A stretch of DNA of 64,000 bases from the IMG/VR virus record IMGVR_UViG_3300020577_006105, one strand, 5' to 3'. This document shows, in pieces, positions 41,059 through 51,900 of this stretch. The DNA is from a virus (Duplodnaviria > Caudoviricetes). Position numbers and translations under genes: made by a program. Numbering within the stretch: position 1 is the stretch's first letter; the number at the start of each line of letters is the position of its first letter. Below the pieces are notes generated by a model. That model had not been told where the DNA came from. It saw only the letters and a list, made by a program, of their open reading frames with translations, and made no database searches.

Positions 41059-44000
41059 TTACTCCGATACCAAAACGTCTCCGTTTGGCAATAAAGAAAG
41101 TCCAGTCGGCTTCACAAGCGTTCCAACTCCCCAAATCAAATTGGTGTTGCCTTGTGCGGTCATGCGCATTAGTCGCGACGTTTTTCCGCCGCCAACCCTG
41201 TCATATATCGCCACCCAATAATGCACCCCGTCTGAATCTGGCAATGCCCTAACTGGGTCTCCAGAAATTGACAAATCTACTAGCGGAATATTGCCAGCAG
41301 CTCGACTAATTATTGATAGTCTACCACTGGTGTCACTTCCAGCCGCCGGCGCTGCAATCAAGATATTTCCAGTTGGTAGTTCATATGCTGACCCACCTCG
41401 ACCTTCTGGTAGCGCAATTACAGACGAACTAATAGTCCACGACCTATCTCCAGTGGGGCTGTATGCGATAACAGACCTGGTTCCACCAGTTCCCACCACA
41501 TAATCTTCTTCGGTAGTATACTGCACAGATTGCGGGCTATACAAGTTATCTAGCACCACATTACCGACGTATACGTCAAGAATTACAGTGCCAACCTGTC
41601 CGCCTGGTCCCTGCAGTCGAGTTTCGTTGGGGTCAAACACGCCGTCTGAATCATCAGTTTCATCAGGAACGCTTAAACCATCTTCAGCGGTCAAAGGACA
41701 TGTAGCAGCAGGAATATACCCGCTGCCATTTAGCGGTCCAAAAAGCACACCATATTCGTCTGTGAGCCAATCTGGCAATCCGCAATCTGACAGACCGCCA
41801 GGACCTCCGCCGTCGCCACCGCCACCTGAATTACTACCACCACCAGAACCACTATCTCCCCCGCCGCCAGAACCTGGGTCTTGTTCATCTCCGCTACTCA
41901 CTCCAGCATCTGTAATCGCACCTTCGTTGATAACTAACTTGATACTGTCCGTCCATGCGTTGATTTGTGCAACTTGTGCTGTACTAAATCGAACCTCTAA
42001 AGTCGCGCTCTTGCTGAGTGTGTCCGGGCCAAACAGCACTACGTTCACACTCGAGTCTCCAAAATTGATTGAATCAAGACCGCTTGTCAATGCCATTTTC
42101 TCCCTAGCCGACACATTGACGTTTTGGCTAAACATTACCCATAAGCGGCCTCGAGTTGGATTGTAGTAAGCACACAATGCGGCCAACGCTCTTTCTTCTT
42201 TGCGTAATCTCAAATTGCCTTGAATAACGAGTTCAACAGTTTCATCAAGATTGACGTGTGCCATGCGGTCATTGGCAGTATCGGCCACGATGACAGAATC
42301 ATCAAGATACACTGCATCAACAGGCGAAGAGTACCCCTGTGATACGCTGCCGTTCCAGACTTGCATTGGCGATACTGGCAGTTCTTGTCCATCGGAATAC
42401 GTTTCTTCTGGGTCTCCTCCAGAGTCAAAATCAGCATATATGTTGTTACCTCTGATGAATCTCCATTCACCAACATGTGTAACATCAGCAATTTTCAAGT
42501 CGTTAGGTGGAACTTCGGTGTCGGGGTCACAGATAACATTTACGAATGCATTTGCTTTGCTCCATGCCGCAATATTCTCTCCATCCGCTGGTATCTTTCT
42601 GTCCCATATTTTTGTATTCGATGCGCCAGGACTTCTGAATTGAAGTGCTAGGTCATCAACAAATGGCGCAGTTAGGTTGTCTGTAGAACTACGAAGCTCT
42701 ACAATAATGTCAATCCATGTACCAGTGTTGCCAGATGGATTGACGATACCACCGCTGACAAGATATTTGTTTGCGGTTGCCAATTCTTCTTCGGTTTCGG
42801 CTACCCTGGTTTGAACCGTAACATATGAATCAATGTCAGTAGTCCAAACAACTGTATCGTATTGAGTGAGTTCGTAATTGGAATTGAATCTAAATACCAA
42901 TCTTGCTGAATCTGCGTAATATGCATCATTCCATGCAAATATCGTACCTGTCGTGTCTGGTAAGCTCGCTCTGTATTCAACAACCCTTGTATCAGGAATA
43001 TCAGTTTCATCTGGAACATTGAGTTCAAATGTCATTTCTTTGACATCCCAACCATATTCGGTGTCCCAAATAAATCCGATACCATTCACATTCAAAAGCT
43101 CTGTGGATTCATTGATGAACTCAGTTAGATTTTTGACCGCAAACAAGTCGTTACCAGTGTCGTCGTCGGCATCATGAATTTTCACCAACTTGGACAGCAT
43201 CAATGTTACTTCTGCGCCGGTCGTGGTGACAACTTCTTCCGATGTCCCACCAGACTCCAGCAACAAATACATGTAGATGTCACCTTGCACATTTTCAATG
43301 CCAAGGTTGTATCCAACCATGATTTTTGTTTTGTCAGTCCAGTCTTCACTGGAACCAAATTCGTAATAAAAATGTCGCCTGACGTCATAGTCGTCACTGA
43401 CTTGTGTTGGTGGCGGAGAGACTGGTAACTTGGTGGCATTATCTGTGAAAACATATGCTGTTGTCCAATCGGTTAAATCACTTGTGGCCACTCGATTGTA
43501 ATTCAGTGGCCTTTCAATGGTAATTCCACCATCAATACCATCGCCTGTTACCTCAATATTTCGCGTCTCTGGGTCTGGAGATATAACACGCGCCAATCCT
43601 AAGTCCAGCGCAGTTGTGAAGTCAGTATCTGTTATCCACGCAATCGCGTCACTATTGATTGGACTGCTAAGACTTCCTCTAATTTCTCGGTTATCCTTGT
43701 CAATGATGGCAAGCTCAATATTGCTTGGCACATACGGTGTGCCAATTCCAACCAATCCATATGATGCATAGTCTTCATAGTATGAAGCATAGCTATCTGG
43801 GGTTACTCCGGGCACATATAGAATTGCGTTGACGGTTTTGGCGTCAATATCGCTCCATCCGTCTCGCTTTTTAGCAGCCAAACCAAATTGGAGTATGTTA
43901 ACACCAAAAAGGTCTGATAGTCTGTCGCTGTAATCTATTTCCAAGGCCGCGAGCAAGCTGTCTATCTCTGCGTGCGTTAGCGTGCCTCTTCTGGTCAGCG

Positions 44001-44712
44001 TGTTGTGGTCTATTTGCGGCAGTCTTTCGGCATCAAGCGTGCCAGTAGTAAACTTCGACAGGTCACCATCTTCAATAAAATCACCCGATAGCTTGCCCTG
44101 TACGTGTCTGCGCAAGTCAATCGGAGAAGGATTGCGCGAACCACCAATGTGCTTGTGACGATTGACGATACTTGCAATGGTTGAGAATAGTGATATCTCA
44201 ACACGGCCGCATTCTGCAGTGTTATTTGGTGTTAGAACAATACCATTGCTGGTTTGGGTTGCAACGACACACCCAAGTCCGACGAACCTATCTAGGTCTG
44301 ATAGTTCCGTATTTGAGGCAAAGAACTTTACAGTCTGCCTGTGTGGCGTGGTTTTGTTGGCTTCTGCGTAAATATAGTATGTGAACGACTGATTTGTGCC
44401 AAGGTTTGGCGGCGCTGGAATATCAAGCGTATACGAGTCTGTGGTAACACAACTCTTCCAAGACACGTGACCGCGCCCAGGTGTAATTGTGACTTGTCGT
44501 GATTTGTTCTCTCCAGTTACGTTGAGAATATACCAACTTGGATTATCGGGGTCGTCATCAATGATGCCGTTACCAAAAATATCAAACAGCCAATACAGTT
44601 GACGCTCAATTGTTTGAAAACGCCTCTCATCCATTGTGAGGTCGTTTCCACCAATTTGAGCATATGGAGTAAGGTACCCCAGCTTATAAATGGCTGTTTC
44701 TGGTATTGTCAT
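41059..44712 (-). CDS. large virion protein (N-terminus paralogous to the 2696-aa protein; C-terminal NHL-like propeller)
   Basis: HKHIGGSRNPSPIDL and TTGTLDAERLPQIDH match the 19678..27768 product; VADTANDR (NHL-like); Gly-rich linker near 41800-41880. Confidence 0.7.
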   Translation of the reverse strand: MTIPETAIYKLGYLTPYAQIGGNDLTMDERRFQTIERQLYWLFDIFGNGIIDDDPDNPSWYILNVTGENKSRQVTITPGRGHVSWKSCVTTDSYTLDIPAPPNLGTNQSFTYYIYAEANKTTPHRQTVKFFASNTELSDLDRFVGLGCVVATQTSNGIVLTPNNTAECGRVEISLFSTIASIVNRHKHIGGSRNPSPIDLRRHVQGKLSGDFIEDGDLSKFTTGTLDAERLPQIDHNTLTRRGTLTHAEIDSLLAALEIDYSDRLSDLFGVNILQFGLAAKKRDGWSDIDAKTVNAILYVPGVTPDSYASYYEDYASYGLVGIGTPYVPSNIELAIIDKDNREIRGSLSSPINSDAIAWITDTDFTTALDLGLARVISPDPETRNIEVTGDGIDGGITIERPLNYNRVATSDLTDWTTAYVFTDNATKLPVSPPPTQVSDDYDVRRHFYYEFGSSEDWTDKTKIMVGYNLGIENVQGDIYMYLLLESGGTSEEVVTTTGAEVTLMLSKLVKIHDADDDTGNDLFAVKNLTEFINESTELLNVNGIGFIWDTEYGWDVKEMTFELNVPDETDIPDTRVVEYRASLPDTTGTIFAWNDAYYADSARLVFRFNSNYELTQYDTVVWTTDIDSYVTVQTRVAETEEELATANKYLVSGGIVNPSGNTGTWIDIIVELRSSTDNLTAPFVDDLALQFRSPGASNTKIWDRKIPADGENIAAWSKANAFVNVICDPDTEVPPNDLKIADVTHVGEWRFIRGNNIYADFDSGGDPEETYSDGQELPVSPMQVWNGSVSQGYSSPVDAVYLDDSVIVADTANDRMAHVNLDETVELVIQGNLRLRKEERALAALCAYYNPTRGRLWVMFSQNVNVSAREKMALTSGLDSINFGDSSVNVVLFGPDTLSKSATLEVRFSTAQVAQINAWTDSIKLVINEGAITDAGVSSGDEQDPGSGGGGDSGSGGGSNSGGGGDGGGPGGLSDCGLPDWLTDEYGVLFGPLNGSGYIPAATCPLTAEDGLSVPDETDDSDGVFDPNETRLQGPGGQVGTVILDVYVGNVVLDNLYSPQSVQYTTEEDYVVGTGGTRSVIAYSPTGDRSWTISSSVIALPEGRGGSAYELPTGNILIAAPAAGSDTSGRLSIISRAAGNIPLVDLSISGDPVRALPDSDGVHYWVAIYDRVGGGKTSRLMRMTAQGNTNLIWGVGTLVKPTGLSLLPNGDVLVSE

Positions 44713-44963
44713 TGTATGTTGCCCCCGTTGTCTTCAGAGTTCGCCAACTGGCCGGGAAACAGATATCCGGTGACTGGTTCAACACCAAAAGTTGATGTGC
44801 CCCATCTCATCACACTATTTGCAGCGTATCCAGAACCTTCGTCAAGGGTTTTGGCCTGGCCTGCATGCACAGACATGGGCAACGCCTGCGATATATCGCT
44901 GACGTTAATCACGTTTTCAACGTGATATCTAACTGCTTCGCTAAGTGAACGGAATCGAGACAT
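44709..44963 (-). CDS. small hypothetical protein
   Basis: 84-aa ORF with a 1-nt gap upstream and an ATGA overlap downstream. Confidence 0.6.
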   Translation of the reverse strand: MSRFRSLSEAVRYHVENVINVSDISQALPMSVHAGQAKTLDEGSGYAANSVMRWGTSTFGVEPVTGYLFPGQLANSEDNGGNIQ

Positions 44964-44964
44964 A

Positions 44965-47900
44965 TTATGTACCTGGTGTTGCGTTGGTTGGCGATGCTGC
45001 CACCAATGCGTCCGCAGTGATAACCGGGAAGGTTTCTCCTTGAATAGATGCTGTTATGGTATTGGCCTGCTTATCAAACTTGTACGAGACTTCTCGGTAG
45101 AAGTACATGTCAGTATTGATTGCGGTGTTTTGACCAACCATCGTTTTCAAGTAAAATCGTCCTTGGTGCATCAAAGGTCTGGTTACGTAACAACTAAAGT
45201 TGATAGTTTGATAAGACTTCCGACGCACATCATATATTGTTTTCGCCCTGCGACGCAGTGCATCCTTGGTCAACAATGACCTTTGCTTATCAACTTCAAC
45301 ATACCACTTTGGATAACCAACATATCCAATGTTCTCGGGTAATGGTTCGTTGTTCTCAAACGACTGATTGATAAGGTCAAGTGTTGCTTGTGAATACGCA
45401 TCACTGTTTCTATCCTCTGGTTCAATCGCTATTGCTGGTTCACCATATGGGGTCGTTCCCACCACCTGGAAGTCTGTGTAGATGTACGCATTTGAAGTAA
45501 CCTCTGCGTAATCTCCGGTCAGAACACCGTGAGTATGTTCTGCACTGACATTGGGCAAGAATGTAACATTGTTTTCATCCGGTGCCCCAACAAACTCTAG
45601 TGCGTCAACATACGCATTGTCGAATCTCCAATCAAGCCTGATGTAACCAGCGTTGTAATCCCAGTAGTACACGGGTATGGCATTGGTGTTCAGCATCAGA
45701 TTCAAAATCGGGTCTATGACTTCTGAAATAGATTTTGCTGGGTCGCCATTGATAACTGGCGTTGACAAAGCCGGGTGATTACTTGTTGTTGCCAATCGTA
45801 TTTCAATTGCCTCGCGGAAGGCTTGTAGCCCTAATTCGTCTTGCTCTGGGTCATTAGTAGAGCCAAATATCTCTTCCTGCTCTCGATACCAGTCAATTAG
45901 ACCGGTGTGTTCCATACATGTGCGAATGATATCATTGTACTTTACACCCGCAAAGTAAATAGATTGCCTGAAGCCCATGTTCTCGGTGAGAACACTGGCT
46001 ATGTCATCACACTCTAACACCGTTAGTGTTGTGCCGTCAGGTCGACGCCTTGTTGTTGTTTGAATCACTTGTCCTTGGAAGTATGTTTTTGGAGAACCAA
46101 AACCACCACCAAGTGTTATAGCAGGCTTGTTCTCGTTCAAGAATGCCAAAACTTTGCGCCCAAATTGAGTCGCGGCAAGATTAAGTAGGTTAACCCTTGC
46201 TTTGCCTTTGAGCCTAGATGCATTGTCGTTTTCAAGATTGTAAGTTACGTCCCACTCGGACATATATGTTGAAATATCGCCCCATTTCACAAATTGTTTG
46301 ACAAGTGGTTCTGGTTCTACTGGCGCCGGTCTTGGTTTGACGTAAAAGAACACAGGCCCCTCGAGTGTCGTATTGAAACTGACAATACCGCGACAAATTG
46401 CTGGAGTTCTCGGGTTTGTTGCAAGTTGTTCGTCTGTGGGCATTGTTAGCTGACCGTAATATACCAACTCAGGTCCTTGCTCTACTGTCCTTCTGCGCCA
46501 ATCTGCATAGTATGTCGGAGCTGCCTTTAGTTCATCTTCTTCTTCTGTTTCCTTGGGCTCGCGCATTCTATGTTGCTGGAAAAAATCATTGAGCAAGTCT
46601 GGCTGAATTGTTTCAGACTTACTTGGAGTTGTGGAAAAATCAGCGCGGACAAACCCAAGGTCTTCGATATCGTCATTCAGACCATCGGCCGTAATAAGTT
46701 CTGGATGATAGTTATTGAATCCAATTGGTCCATACTGGAACTTTGTGTTGATGTATCTAAATGTTACACTGATAGTGGCACGGTCTGATACGTAAATAGG
46801 AAATTGTGTATTGGCGTCATCTATTTGCTCATCGCTCAATGGTGGACTAAAGCAGTTCCATGTTAATGGATTGGGCTCAAAACCAATCAGCATAACTGAA
46901 CCAGCATAATGTACGAATACACTGTATTGCGATTCGTTTTGTCCTTGTGCAAATACTGGACCAACAATAGAGAATGTCTCAAACTGTCTTGAGCGCGGAT
47001 GATAGTATTCCAACTTGGGCTGTTGGTTAACCGTTAGAGTTAATCTGAACCTTGACACTGTAATTAAGTCTTCTGATTCACCAGCATCTTCGTCACCCCA
47101 TTCTATAACAATACTGCCGTCAAAGGCGTCGTTGTTTTCTGTAACAACGTTGGTTCTAGGCCTACCGTGCCAGAAATGCATTTGAAACCCGGTGTTTGGG
47201 CTTGATGCCATTTGAACACGCCTTGACGACACTTTGAACAGTTTATCGGCGGGGTAAACCAGCACGGCTTTGGTGTTCTCTGCAACATCTTCATCGTCTA
47301 CATGCCCGGTGTACATGTAATCCTTACTGATTGGAAACATCCGCTTCAGCGTGCAGTTTCCATAGATATCCAAAAACATCGAACTATCACCTGGAATTTG
47401 CGAAAACAAATCTCCAGTTGGCCCTTGGTTCTTTATCAACTTGGTGTCTTCGATTTCTTCTGGACTAATTCGCTTCCAGATATTATATGTCGAGCGCAAT
47501 GTTGGTTTTGAATCACCAAGCGAGTCAAAAACAGTGCGCGACGATGCCGGAATTGTTGGGTTGGGTATGCCAAAAACTTGTGTTGTTGTTTCTGGTGGTA
47601 AATCGTCATAATCTCCAGAAACCGCATCAGAAACAGTAGCCTCTGAGTCGTATTCTGGTTCATACTTTTGATTGTCATAGGTAGTGTCTGTTGTTGCTGG
47701 GCCCTTAATCAAATCGTAATACGCACTGACTTCATCCAAGGGCACTCCGCCATATGCAAACGTACACATAGGTGCGCCAAGGTTCATGTTTGCGTATGGC
47801 ATGATTCCACCACTGCAGTTTGGGACAGAATTCAAGCGCATAGAGATAATCAGCTCTTCGGCTGTTGAGGGTCTACCCTGGTGCGGGTTACGCATAGTGG

Positions 47901-48048
47901 TGATGAAGTTCCTCGAAATTGTACGAGTTTCTTCATCTTGAACAAATCCTTGTGCGTTAGTGCCGCCGGTTGTTCCTGGTCTTGGCAACAGGATTGCACC
48001 AAGCATACACTGCCCTCTCAATTCTTTTGGCTTAAACGAACCTGCCAT
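44965..48048 (-). CDS. putative baseplate hub/tail protein (likely start MAGSFKP, ATG at 48048)
   Basis: C-terminal half has a hub-like layout (ARVNLLN...YFQG.V......LECDDIAS.L...YWDY..G.IRL). The hub call is inference. Confidence 0.45.
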   Translation of the reverse strand: MAGSFKPKELRGQCMLGAILLPRPGTTGGTNAQGFVQDEETRTISRNFITTMRNPHQGRPSTAEELIISMRLNSVPNCSGGIMPYANMNLGAPMCTFAYGGVPLDEVSAYYDLIKGPATTDTTYDNQKYEPEYDSEATVSDAVSGDYDDLPPETTTQVFGIPNPTIPASSRTVFDSLGDSKPTLRSTYNIWKRISPEEIEDTKLIKNQGPTGDLFSQIPGDSSMFLDIYGNCTLKRMFPISKDYMYTGHVDDEDVAENTKAVLVYPADKLFKVSSRRVQMASSPNTGFQMHFWHGRPRTNVVTENNDAFDGSIVIEWGDEDAGESEDLITVSRFRLTLTVNQQPKLEYYHPRSRQFETFSIVGPVFAQGQNESQYSVFVHYAGSVMLIGFEPNPLTWNCFSPPLSDEQIDDANTQFPIYVSDRATISVTFRYINTKFQYGPIGFNNYHPELITADGLNDDIEDLGFVRADFSTTPSKSETIQPDLLNDFFQQHRMREPKETEEEDELKAAPTYYADWRRRTVEQGPELVYYGQLTMPTDEQLATNPRTPAICRGIVSFNTTLEGPVFFYVKPRPAPVEPEPLVKQFVKWGDISTYMSEWDVTYNLENDNASRLKGKARVNLLNLAATQFGRKVLAFLNENKPAITLGGGFGSPKTYFQGQVIQTTTRRRPDGTTLTVLECDDIASVLTENMGFRQSIYFAGVKYNDIIRTCMEHTGLIDWYREQEEIFGSTNDPEQDELGLQAFREAIEIRLATTSNHPALSTPVINGDPAKSISEVIDPILNLMLNTNAIPVYYWDYNAGYIRLDWRFDNAYVDALEFVGAPDENNVTFLPNVSAEHTHGVLTGDYAEVTSNAYIYTDFQVVGTTPYGEPAIAIEPEDRNSDAYSQATLDLINQSFENNEPLPENIGYVGYPKWYVEVDKQRSLLTKDALRRRAKTIYDVRRKSYQTINFSCYVTRPLMHQGRFYLKTMVGQNTAINTDMYFYREVSYKFDKQANTITASIQGETFPVITADALVAASPTNATPGT

Positions 48049-48712
48049 AGTTCTCTTTGTACAGAGCGTACATAATACACAGTGTGACTCAGAAACCAAC
48101 CACAACCAACACGCTGCACTAAGGCGTCAGTGGTATACATGCTTGTCGAAGTCCAAGCCTGACCTATCTGATGTATTGCCTGCGTGGCGATACACGCCTA
48201 ACGCATTTATCGAAGCAATGTATTGCCTCGGGTGGAAATCTGGGCACTCGATAGAGCGTGTGATTGAAGAGAACCCTCTTGAACCAGGCAATATACAGTT
48301 TGTGCCATATAATCACAAAATCCGCACTAGAAGAAGGGGCAACACAAGATATGTTACTGCATTTGGTGTTGTTGCGCCAATAGCATGGTTTATTGATAAT
48401 CATACATTGTGCAAGGTCAAAGATTATCATGTGATTTACGGAAGAATTGCTAGTGGTTGGTCTGTTGAAAAAGCCATGACCACACCGTCTTCTGGTCGAC
48501 CTAAGCCAGAACACTGTACATATTCTCAATCTACAGTGGTTGAATTCAACGGTGTTTCAGAAAAACTGTCTAATGTGGCAAAGTCCAGTGGGATAAAAAC
48601 AAAAGACCTGGTCAAGAGACTCAATCTTGGTTGGTCTCTTGACCAGGCAATTAACACTCCATTATATGGAGTGCGACCTTCTAGGAAGCCCGGCGCGAAT
48701 CGCGAAACTTAA
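47960..48712 (+). mobile_element. degenerate HNH-family homing-endonuclease-like gene, antisense within the structural block (start uncertain)
   Basis: PAW.....F...M.....G.SIER......EPGNIQFV matches the phage HNH pattern SIDRIDN...Y.P.NCRW but with catalytic residues altered; two C-terminal R...GWS.E/D.A..TP DNA-binding repeats. Confidence 0.6.
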
Positions 48713-48887
48713 TTTGGTCGTATGCGACACCACCAAAAATACCAGCTACGAACCACGCGACACCAACACTGAATGCTGCTTTAGTGTCATTGAGCTCCAT
48801 GTATGTCTTGCTGAAGCCCATACAAAAAGCACCAGCTCCAACGGTCACTGCTCTCTCAAAGAGAATTTTCCAATCAAAATTTATCAT
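48681..48887 (-). CDS. small two-TM membrane protein, possible holin
   Basis: WKILFERAV resembles the r1t-type holin N-terminus; two hydrophobic segments and a basic C-terminus. Confidence 0.4.
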   Translation of the reverse strand: MINFDWKILFERAVTVGAGAFCMGFSKTYMELNDTKAAFSVGVAWFVAGIFGGVAYDQIKFRDSRRAS

Positions 48888-48932
48888 TGTTTCACCTATG
48901 ATGACTGATTGTCACCTGGTTATTATGGCACT

Positions 48933-51900
48933 TTAGTTGATTTCGGTAAGTTTGAATGCTTTTCCGACACTTCCACTCTGACTTAAGTGTCTGCATACTA
49001 GGTCTCCATTTGCGGCTACGTAGTATATTGCTGTTTGCCCGTAATACTGTACGGTCCTGAGTGAAACGATGCCCGCTCGTTGTTGCAGGACGTTATCTTC
49101 GTTATCCGCCCTGTTCACTATTAGGTAGCCAGCAGATTGCATTTGCGTGAATGTATTGTCAGCGGTGCTGCCAGATGTGAAATCACTACTGCCGGCGATG
49201 AGATGTATCGGTTTGAGAACTGTCTGACCAGAACTGTTTTGACGTGGAATTTGTGTAGCAAACAACCGGCCACTTGACCAAAACACCACTGTACCCTCGT
49301 CATAATGTTCGTTAAAAGTCGCCGCTGGAGACACCATTGGTGTCTCGGACGAGTTGGATATACCGCCCTGTCTAAAGCTACACACCACAAATGCTCGACC
49401 AAATCCAGTTTCATCCAAGGTTCTTCCTATCAATTCTCCATCTCTGCCAACAACTGAGTAAATGGCCGTTGGCCTATCCCTGCTATCGACAAACACAGCA
49501 GCGTAATCCTCACTCACTGTGCCACTAATACCGCCTTTGGGTGGTCGTGGTGTTTGCTCATATGGCATGCTTGATTCGGGCGAACCATCTATTAAGAACA
49601 CATCACCAATTCCTCCTGGCCCTTGTTGCTGTGATTGCGTTAGTGTGGCAGTACGTAAAACTAACCCGCCGCCATCTACCCATCCAACTACATAGCATTT
49701 ATCTCCATTGTGCGATGTAGCAGTAGAGTGCAGCTTCAAACCTGCGGCGATGTATCTTGGTTGATTCAGTGTGCTAGAATTGAGTGCAGCATTGGCAGTT
49801 CTGAATGTCCCTGCATGAGCGTGTTTAGTACTTGCTCCGACATTAACCGTTGCTATTTCAGAGTCGGCAAATTGAGTAGACACGCCAACAACTGAGCCGC
49901 TTTTATCGCCGCCCGACAGGCTTGTTCTAAACACACTCGCTTCTGTTCCTTTTAGTTTGTTGTCGTCTTTATCTTTCACAACATCAACATACTGTGGTTG
50001 GCTTCTTCCTGCTTGGTGTGTTAGGACTTCTACGCCGCGCTCATCTTCCTCTACTTCGCCACGCTCATTGAAAACCACGTGAACTCGTTCGCTTATTGGG
50101 TGACCAACGGCAGAAACAGACAGTCGTTGTGTGGTTGTGCCGTCTTCGCCAGGAACTGTACGCACCCATAACTGTCTCGAGAATATGCCTGAATTAAGGC
50201 TCGGGGCGCGAACAATCACCTCTACGTCTTTTGGCATGTTCAAATACCAAACAGGCGAGTACATAGTTCCTTGTATCCTAAATGTGTCTGGTCGAATAAT
50301 GACTTTGAATTTCAAGTTTTCTTCATCGGCAATATACCAAAACTCATTACCGCCAATACTCCTAGATGGAACCAGGTCTAGATTTTCATAAAACGCAGGG
50401 CTTCCGATGAAACTTGGGGTTTGATTGATTTGCAGTGTTTCCAGGGTGTGCTTCATAATCGCAGCACGCGTAATACGCATGCCAACAGGCTTGTCGCCCA
50501 TTAGTGCCTGGATGTCATCTATTTTGACCGGTGAGCCGTTAGCTGAATATGGATACGCATAAAAGCGCAATACCAATCGCGAGTCCGCCGATGACGTTAG
50601 CACAAATGGAACTGTGATTTCTGTTTCGTATTCATAGTTTGCTTGCCCCGTAACAAACGGCACAAGCGGTGAGCGGAAGATACGCTCTGTGATTCTTCCG
50701 CTAACATCAACCACAAATCCTTCGACGCGCATATCGAGCTTGATTGACTCATTGTCAATGCCTTCATCAACACTCCATTCAACCTTCCATGTACCTGCCT
50801 CGGTGCTCGCACCAGTGGCACGAACATTTGATATCCTTCCGCCTGCAATGTTTTCTGCACTTGCACAAAAATCGGCTTTGACTTGCCCTTCAGCAGTGTG
50901 TGTATTGGGTATGACGGTGTATGGTATACAAAAGCCCACGGAATCTTCTTCTCCGCCACGCAATGTGTAAAGATTGTAGTATGCCGTAGTGCTTGAACTA
51001 GGGTCATATGGGCGCACAGTGTCGTCATATACGATAAACTCATCATCATTCGCATCAGAACCATAAAATCGCGTTTCTCTTATGCTCAATGGTGAATATG
51101 GGTCTGCGACGCCGCCATATGGCTGATACCTACTTGAATTGTATCGCAACCATCTGATTGGAAAAAGTGCATGTGACTGTGACATCAAACATGTGCCTTC
51201 GGCATATCCATATGTTGGGTCAAACTCCACCTGAACTCTCGGGCATGTTTTTGCTGTTAGTGACGGTGTTGTTGTTGAGCCGTCTCCAGTTGGTTCTGAC
51301 AAAACATAGAGCCCTACCGCCAGCTTCCAATCACCACCTGGAATATCCAGTGTTGTTCCTCCGTCTTCTGCTTGTTCAATGTATCTAACCACTTCATACT
51401 CGCGAAGAGTACTGTCGAGCGGCGGCGTAATCATCACATGTCTCAAATTGGTTGGTTTTCCAATCTTCAGCGTGCTTTTTTCACTACCGTCAGTGCCCGT
51501 TACTGAATCAAAGTATATTTCTGTGGTGTCTCTGTATGCCGCAATTTCTTCAGGTGTTGCAGTGCTTGGTATATTGGCAGGAACCAGCCACCACCTGGCC
51601 ATAAGGTGCATATCTGCTGTAATTTGGTCATCCAGTGCCTGTGCTCTGATTTTGAATCTCCATGCGCCTGGGGCAATCTGTATTGGATTTGTGAACACCT
51701 TTTCGTCATCAACTACAAATGTTGCAACCGCCGGCGCACTAAATGGACCATTTGGCAGATTGCTAAGCATTTCAACCCTTCTGGTTGCGTATTCTCTTGG
51801 TTCGCTATTGCTGATTGACGGTTCAGTTAACGCCTGGAACGACGTTTTCTCCGACCATACTTGACTCCTAAATGGAGTACTAACAAACTCCACATCACTA

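Noticed and set aside
41800-41880. Collagen-like or DNA-level repeat
   Set aside because: The Gly/Ser-rich stretch lacks G-X-Y periodicity and exact nucleotide repeats. It is treated as a flexible linker.
48049-48105. N-terminal extension of the 1046-aa ORF from the track's start at 48105
   Set aside because: The extension is Cys-rich, starts at a non-ATG codon and overlaps the antisense HNH-like gene. ATG 48048 is more plausible.
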